Assembly (NCBI GenBank): GCA_012519985.1
Contig: JAAYPC010000029.1
Location: 18,194 to 82,193, forward strand
DNA: 64,000 nucleotides
DNA from: Fibrobacter sp.
GTDB lineage: Bacteria > Fibrobacterota > Chitinivibrionia > Chitinivibrionales > Chitinispirillaceae
Reading direction: 5' to 3'
The notes beneath the pieces are model-generated. The model worked only from the letters and a program-made list of their open reading frames with translations, was not told the origin of the DNA and did not search any database. Below are positions 58,521 through 64,000 of this stretch, piece after piece. Made by a program: the position numbers and the translations under genes. The stretch's first letter is position 1. Each line of letters opens with the position of its first letter.

Positions 58521-58568
58521 AGCACATTTTTGTACCACCACCCTCTTTTTTAGCACACTTTTGTACCA
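58521..58568. promoter_or_regulatory. two copies of a 17-nt direct repeat AGCACAYTTTTGTACCA in the glnN-gltB divergent region
   Basis: Copies lie at 58521-58537 and 58552-58568. They match at 16 of 17 positions and are spaced 31 nt start to start. Confidence 0.35.
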
Positions 58569-58931
58569 TCGAAAACAGCTTAAAAACAATGAAATATCAT
58601 CAATTATCAGAGAAAACCCCGTTTTTTGCTTCCCAAACCACATTTTGAACAAACCTGAATCTCGCTTTTTTGAACTGGAACAATAGTAGCTTAGATTTTA
58701 TGCAGTTTTGTGTTATTAAAGAAATCCTGGTCTCCTGAGATCAGGAAAAATTAAAAAGGGTTCTTATAATATATGGAAATCTATCCTCAGAAATATTTCA
58801 ACTTTACTGCACGCATCATGTTCAGCTTCCTGGCTTTTCATCTGCAGATCTGACCGCTCTTAAAAGTATCAGAGTACCGGTGTTTTTGAAAATTACATAA
58901 CTAGTCACTTTTATCAGAGGTCTTAATATTA

Positions 58932-61900
58932 ATGAAAAAACAGGGGCTTTATGATCCGTTCTACGAGCATGACAGTTGTGGTGTCGGTTTCGTAGTAAAT
59001 ATCAATGGACAACCTAGTCATCAAATCGTTACCGATGGAATTACAATATTAAAAAACCTGGCTCACAGAGGAGCCCTGGGTGGAGATTCAAAAACAGGTG
59101 ATGGCGCTGGAATGCTGATGCAGATCCCACATGCTTTTTTTGTGAAAGAATGTTCCAGATCTGGAATCACTCTTGCACAGGAAGGTTTCTATGGAGTAGG
59201 CATGCTGTATTTGCCACAGGATCGCGCCAAACGCAGTTCTTCCATAAAACTGATCGAAGAAACAATCTCCGAAGAGGGTGGATCGGTCCTGGGATGGCGT
59301 GATGTCCCGGTCTCTCCAGAGTGCCTGGGTGACATGGCTGTCTCCTCCATGCCTTTTATCAGCCAGATCTTTGTATCGTTTGGATCGCTTTGCGGACCAG
59401 CTCTGGAAAGAAAACTCTATATAACACGTAAATGCATGGAAAAAAAGGCTCAATTAAACCAGTTGACCCTTGAGGAATTTTATATCTGTTCTTTAAGCAG
59501 TAAAACAATCGTGTATAAGGGAATGTTTGTTGCACCTCAGTTCGAATATTTCTATCCAGATCTTACCGATGCCGATATGCAAAGTGCAATGGTCCTGGTT
59601 CACCAGCGCTATAGCACCAATACTTTCCCATCATGGCCATTGTCTCAACCTTTCCGTTACCTTGCTCATAACGGCGAAATAAACACCCTCAGAGGAAATG
59701 TCAACAAGATGATCGCCAGGGAAAAAACTCTCTCATCCCCTCTTTTTGCAGATGAGATCTCAAAACTGTTCCCTGTAATCAATCTGGAAATGAGTGATTC
59801 CGGAATTTTTGACAATGTCTTTGAACTGATTACCTCCACCGGTCGCACCATCGAGCACACCATGGCCATGATGATACCGGAAGCTTTCGGGGCAAAATAT
59901 TATATCAGTGAAGACAAAAGGGCTTTCTATGATTATCACGCATCAATAATGGAACCCTGGGATGGGCCGGCAGCCATCGCTTTTACTGATGGTGTAAAGA
60001 TAGGAGCAACACTGGACCGCAACGGTCTTCGCCCGGCCCGGTATCTGATTACCACAAGTGGAAAGGTAGTCATGGCTTCTGAAACCGGTGTCCTGGATAT
60101 CCCCCCGGAAGAGGTACTGCAGAAAGGACGATTGGCACCAGGAAAAATGTTTTTAGTAGACACCGAAAAAAAACGGGTCCTCTTCGATAACGAAATCAAG
60201 GCTTCCATCTCCCGTCGTAAACCATACCGGCGATGGCTGCAGAATAATCGGATCGATCTTAAAGGACTTTTCCAGGTCCCGGGACCGGTCAATATCGAAC
60301 ACCAGTCACTATCAATACGTAAATGGATCTTCGGATACACATTGGAAGATATCAAAACAGTGCTTGTCTCCATGGCCGAAAATGCACAGGAACCAGTTCA
60401 CTCCATGGGAAACGACGCTACTCTTGCAGTGCTGTCTGAAAGACCACAACTGCTCTTCAATTATTTCAAACAACTCTTTGCTCAGGTTACCAATCCGCCT
60501 ATAGATCCCTATCGGGAAAATCTGGTAATGTCTCTTATGAGTCTTATCGGCAAAGAAGGTAATCTGCTGGATGAAACTCCCGAACATTGTCATCAGCTAA
60601 AACTCCCTCATCCGGTCCTTTCCAATGATGATATGCTTAAGTTAAGAAATCTTGACCTTGATGGCTATCGAGCATGCGTTCTGCCAATCACTTTTAATAT
60701 CAATCAGGCCGAAAAAGGACTTGAACCTGCAATAGAAGCCCTTTGTAAGGAAGCAGAAAAAAAAGTGGATGAAGGATATTCTTTAATCATCCTTTCCGAT
60801 CGCAATGTCAGTGAATCGCAGGCTCCGATTCCTTCTCTTCTGGCAACTTCTGCCGTACACCACCATCTTATCAGGGTGCAGAAACGGCAGCTTACCGGAC
60901 TTATTGTCGAGACAGGAGAGGCTCGTGATGTAATGCACTTTGCCACACTGATAAGCTTCGGTGCAAGCGCCATCAACCCCTATCTGGCTTTCGAGATTCT
61001 TGCAGAGCTTAAAGAACAGGGTAAATTAAGTATCACACAGGAAATGATTATTGAACATTATATAACCGCCATTAAAAAAGGCCTGCTTAAAGTAATGTCC
61101 AAAATGGGCGTCTCCACCATTCGAAGCTACCGGGGCGCACAGATCATGGAGGCTGTAGGACTGGACCAGGAGTTTATAGATAAATATTTCCCTGGAACCT
61201 CATCCCGTATCGGTGGCATCGGCATAGAGGCTGTTGCCAAAGAAACTCTTAAACGTCACCAGACTGCATTCAGCAAAGATCTCTCTGAACTGCAAACTCT
61301 TGATTCCGGTGGGAACATTCACTTCCGCAGGAATTCGGAGAAACATCTTTACAGTCCTGAAGCGATCACCCTTATTCACCGGGCGATTCGTCAGAACGAC
61401 TACAGTCTTTACAGGCAGTATGCCTCTAAAATCAATGATATCAGTACTAATCTCTGTACCCTGCGGGGGCTTTTCACTTTCAGGCAACAGACACCAATTC
61501 CACTGGAGGAAGTGGAACCGGTTCAGAATATTGTCAAAAGATTCGTGAGCTCAGCCATGTCCTTTGGCTCGATAAGTAAAGAAGCTCACGAAACCATTGC
61601 CATTGCAATGAACCGGCTCGGTGCATCAAGCAATTCAGGTGAAGGGGGCGAAGATGAAGAACGCTATATCCCTCTTCCCAATGGAGATTCCAGAAAAAGC
61701 ATGATCAAGCAGGTCGCCTCAGCTCGATTCGGGGTTACCAGCTACTATCTGGTCAACTCCGGAGAACTCCAGATAAAAATAGCCCAGGGTGCCAAACCCG
61801 GAGAAGGTGGCCAATTAACCGGACTCAAGGTGGATAGTATCATTGCAAAGGTTCGCCACTCCACTCCTGGAGTCACCCTTATTTCACCTCCGCCACATCA

Positions 61901-63458
61901 CGATATCTATTCCATTGAAGATCTGGCTCAGTTGATTTTCGATCTTAAAAACGCCAATCCTCTGGCCAGAATATCTGTCAAACTGGTAGCAGAAGTCGGA
62001 GTGGGTACTATTGCTGCAGGTGTCGCCAAGGGAAAGGCAGACATGGTGCTTATCAGCGGTCATGATGGTGGAACCGGTAACTCTCCAATCTCCTCTATCA
62101 AACATGCAGGAATTCCCTGGGAAATTGGTCTTGCAGAAACCCAGCAGACACTTGTGATGAACCGGCTGAGAGACCGCATAAGAGTTCAAACCGATGGTCA
62201 GATGAGAACCGGGCGCGATGTGGTGATAGCAGCTTTACTTGGTGCAGAAGAATACGGTTTCGGAACCGCTTCTCTGGTTGCCATGGGATGTATCATGATG
62301 CGTAAATGTCATCTCAACACCTGTCCGGTTGGGGTTGCCACCCAGGATCCCCAGCTTCGGAAAAATTTCATGGGCAAACCCGAACATCTCATCAATTTTA
62401 TGACCTTTGTGGCTCAGGATGTACGGGAAATAATGGCTTCTCTGGGCTTTCGCACCATGGATGAAATGATCGGCAGAGTTGACATTCTTGAAGTAAACAA
62501 GGCTATTGATCATTATAAAGCAAAAGGACTGGATTTCTCCAGATTACTTATGATGCCACAGCCGCATCAGGGATGCTCGCTGCGCTGCACCTCTTCACAA
62601 CAGCATGATTTCTCCCTGAGTATCGATGACAAACTCATCAGGGATGCAAAAGTTGCCCTGGAAAACCAGATTCCAGTCAAACTGAATATGCCCATTAAAA
62701 ACTTCAACCGCACTATCGGTACCACCCTCTCCAGTGTAGTCTCCAGACGCTATGGTGCCAAAGGACTTCCTGAAGATACCATAACAGTGAAATTTACCGG
62801 TTCTGCAGGGCAAAGTTATGCGGCATTCCTGGCTCCGGGTATAACCTTCGAGCTTGAAGGAGATGCTAACGATTACTTCGGAAAAGGACTATCCGGCGGT
62901 AAACTTATCATCTATCCACCCAAAAACGCTACCTATCGCGCCGAAAACAACATCATCACCGGAAACGTAAACCTTTTCGGTGCTACCAGCGGCAAGGCTT
63001 TCATTAACGGTATGGCTGGTGAACGTTTCGCAGTGCGCAACAGTGGAGCCATTGCGGTGGTAGAGGGAGTTGGTGATCACGGTTGCGAATACATGACCGG
63101 GGGTGTAGTAGTCTGCCTCGGACGAACAGGTGTAAATTTCGCAGCAGGTATGAGCGGTGGAATCGCATTCATCCTCGATGAAGACCAGCTCTTTGACACC
63201 AAATGTAACCTGGAAATGGTTGACATCGAACCGGTTGCCGACCCGCAGGATGTAGAACTTCTGTACTCCCTGATAGAGGAGCATGTCAAATATACCGGAA
63301 GTGAACATGCTGCAAGAATAATCCGCGACTGGGCCGGGATGCTACCGCTATTCGTCAAAGTAATGCCCATGGATTACCGTTATGCCCTGGAGCGGATGAG
63401 AAGAGAAGAATCAAAAGAAACAGACAATGTAGCTTTGACTGAGGAGGTTTTCAGATAA
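58932..63458 (+). CDS. gltB: glutamate synthase large subunit
   Basis: The 1508-aa protein has the N-terminal Ntn amidotransferase start HDSCGVGF, the FMN and 3Fe-4S central domains, and a C-terminal GXGXG beta-helix domain. Confidence 0.95.
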   Translation: MKKQGLYDPFYEHDSCGVGFVVNINGQPSHQIVTDGITILKNLAHRGALGGDSKTGDGAGMLMQIPHAFFVKECSRSGITLAQEGFYGVGMLYLPQDRAKRSSSIKLIEETISEEGGSVLGWRDVPVSPECLGDMAVSSMPFISQIFVSFGSLCGPALERKLYITRKCMEKKAQLNQLTLEEFYICSLSSKTIVYKGMFVAPQFEYFYPDLTDADMQSAMVLVHQRYSTNTFPSWPLSQPFRYLAHNGEINTLRGNVNKMIAREKTLSSPLFADEISKLFPVINLEMSDSGIFDNVFELITSTGRTIEHTMAMMIPEAFGAKYYISEDKRAFYDYHASIMEPWDGPAAIAFTDGVKIGATLDRNGLRPARYLITTSGKVVMASETGVLDIPPEEVLQKGRLAPGKMFLVDTEKKRVLFDNEIKASISRRKPYRRWLQNNRIDLKGLFQVPGPVNIEHQSLSIRKWIFGYTLEDIKTVLVSMAENAQEPVHSMGNDATLAVLSERPQLLFNYFKQLFAQVTNPPIDPYRENLVMSLMSLIGKEGNLLDETPEHCHQLKLPHPVLSNDDMLKLRNLDLDGYRACVLPITFNINQAEKGLEPAIEALCKEAEKKVDEGYSLIILSDRNVSESQAPIPSLLATSAVHHHLIRVQKRQLTGLIVETGEARDVMHFATLISFGASAINPYLAFEILAELKEQGKLSITQEMIIEHYITAIKKGLLKVMSKMGVSTIRSYRGAQIMEAVGLDQEFIDKYFPGTSSRIGGIGIEAVAKETLKRHQTAFSKDLSELQTLDSGGNIHFRRNSEKHLYSPEAITLIHRAIRQNDYSLYRQYASKINDISTNLCTLRGLFTFRQQTPIPLEEVEPVQNIVKRFVSSAMSFGSISKEAHETIAIAMNRLGASSNSGEGGEDEERYIPLPNGDSRKSMIKQVASARFGVTSYYLVNSGELQIKIAQGAKPGEGGQLTGLKVDSIIAKVRHSTPGVTLISPPPHHDIYSIEDLAQLIFDLKNANPLARISVKLVAEVGVGTIAAGVAKGKADMVLISGHDGGTGNSPISSIKHAGIPWEIGLAETQQTLVMNRLRDRIRVQTDGQMRTGRDVVIAALLGAEEYGFGTASLVAMGCIMMRKCHLNTCPVGVATQDPQLRKNFMGKPEHLINFMTFVAQDVREIMASLGFRTMDEMIGRVDILEVNKAIDHYKAKGLDFSRLLMMPQPHQGCSLRCTSSQQHDFSLSIDDKLIRDAKVALENQIPVKLNMPIKNFNRTIGTTLSSVVSRRYGAKGLPEDTITVKFTGSAGQSYAAFLAPGITFELEGDANDYFGKGLSGGKLIIYPPKNATYRAENNIITGNVNLFGATSGKAFINGMAGERFAVRNSGAIAVVEGVGDHGCEYMTGGVVVCLGRTGVNFAAGMSGGIAFILDEDQLFDTKCNLEMVDIEPVADPQDVELLYSLIEEHVKYTGSEHAARIIRDWAGMLPLFVKVMPMDYRYALERMRREESKETDNVALTEEVFR

Positions 63459-64000
63459 TGGGAAAAGTAACTGGTTTTCTTGACTACAATCGGGTCACTT
63501 CAAAATACAGACCGGTAGAGGAAAGACTTGGTGATCATAAAGAATTTCTGATTCCGCTGCCTGAGAGTGAAATTAAAAATCAGGGTGCCCGCTGTATGGA
63601 TTGTGGTATTCCTTATTGTCATGCCATGGGATGTCCCCTGGAGAATCTTATTCCGGAATGGAATGACTGCATTTACAAAGGTGACTGGCATGAGGCTCTC
63701 TTGAGACTGGAAGCCACTAACAATCTGCCGGAAATTACCGGCAGAATCTGTCCCGCACCCTGCGAAACCGCATGTACATTGTCGATCAGTCATGCTCCGG
63801 TCACTATCAAGCAGATCGAACTGGCTATAATCGAATATGGTTTTAAACAGGGTTGGGTGAGACCGCGTCCACCCCGATATGAAAGCGGAAGATCGGTGGC
63901 GATTATCGGAAGCGGTCCTTCGGGTCTTGCCGCAGCCCAGCAGCTCCGCAGAGCGGGTCACAGGGTGACTGTCTTCGAGAAAGCAGCCAAAGCCGGCGGT
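63458..64000 (+). CDS. gltD: glutamate synthase small subunit (NADPH), N-terminal part, runs off the right edge
   Basis: Its ATG overlaps the gltB TAA (TAATG). The translation is [13 protein letters not shown]...[12 protein letters not shown]...CPAPCE.AC...[17 protein letters not shown]. It is missing from the ORF track because no stop lies inside the window. Confidence 0.9.
   Translation, partial: MGKVTGFLDYNRVTSKYRPVEERLGDHKEFLIPLPESEIKNQGARCMDCGIPYCHAMGCPLENLIPEWNDCIYKGDWHEALLRLEATNNLPEITGRICPAPCETACTLSISHAPVTIKQIELAIIEYGFKQGWVRPRPPRYESGRSVAIIGSGPSGLAAAQQLRRAGHRVTVFEKAAKAGG

Noticed and set aside
58521-58568. Reading the two repeats (minus strand TGGTACAAAARTGTGCT) as tandem sigma-54 -24/-12 promoters for glnN
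   Set aside because: The GG-to-GC spacing is one nucleotide longer than the strict sigma-54 spacing, and the -12 region is TGTGCT where the consensus is TTGCW. I keep them only as an unspecified binding-site candidate.
58359-58652. 97-aa ORF in the glnN-gltB intergenic region
   Set aside because: I see no RBS and no recognisable motif. It runs across the direct repeats and T-rich promoter-like DNA, so it is more likely non-coding control sequence.
59088-63370. Multiple 60-145-aa minus-strand ORFs inside gltB, and similar antisense ORFs inside the EF-G paralog, glnN, uvrB and other genes
   Set aside because: All lie fully within well-supported long genes on the opposite strand or in another frame. 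None shows motifs or an RBS.
63500-63961. 153-aa minus-strand ORF
   Set aside because: It lies antisense inside a clear gltD reading frame that has strong conserved motifs. It is an Arg/Ser-rich shadow ORF.

Overview
This 64-kb chromosomal segment is densely coding and looks moderately AT-rich by eye. It holds about 50 protein genes and one tRNA-Pro(CGG). There is no rRNA, no CRISPR and no intact mobile element. Several proteins point to a Fibrobacteres/FCB-group bacterium: a type III glutamine synthetase, proteins ending in T9SS/Por C-terminal sorting domains, a TIGR02147-like protein and a eukaryote-type UDP-glucose dehydrogenase. That placement rests on protein motifs only. Most content is housekeeping: mtnA, an EF-G paralog, lspA, a HIT protein, ugd, a MATE pump, pepD, an LpxL-like acyltransferase, an RRM RNA-binding protein, a U32 peptidase, uvrB and hisH-hisF. 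There is also a surface-glycan block (GT4, Wzx-like flippase, UPF0104 membrane protein, methyltransferase, YfhO-like protein, gmhB), a GH13 enzyme, panC, a deoxynucleoside kinase, folK, an M16 peptidase pair, and a nitrogen-assimilation locus (glnN divergent from gltB-gltD). Eight things are not explained by ordinary annotation. (1) A 21-bp x ~16 tandem array sits just upstream of lspA, flanked by a decayed copy of the lspA 3' end and a possible IS256-type transposase stub. (2) A PP-loop ATPase, a NAT-fold protein and a DUF4416 protein form a translationally coupled operon. (3) A stand-alone eRF1-like (baeRF-type) gene lies divergent from the RRM gene, with a perfect 10-bp palindrome between them. 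(4) A radical SAM/SPASM gene is coupled to a T9SS cargo gene. (5) A TIGR02147-like HTH gene is coupled to a lipoprotein and secreted-protein cluster. (6) A coiled-coil protein, a membrane-anchored AraC-HTH protein and a transglutaminase-like protein form an operon. (7) An AC-rich/GT-rich inverted-repeat element lies downstream of glnN. (8) A 17-nt direct repeat lies in the glnN-gltB control region. I see no recognisable defence system, prophage or toxin-antitoxin pair. None of the candidates can be called a new system from sequence alone.
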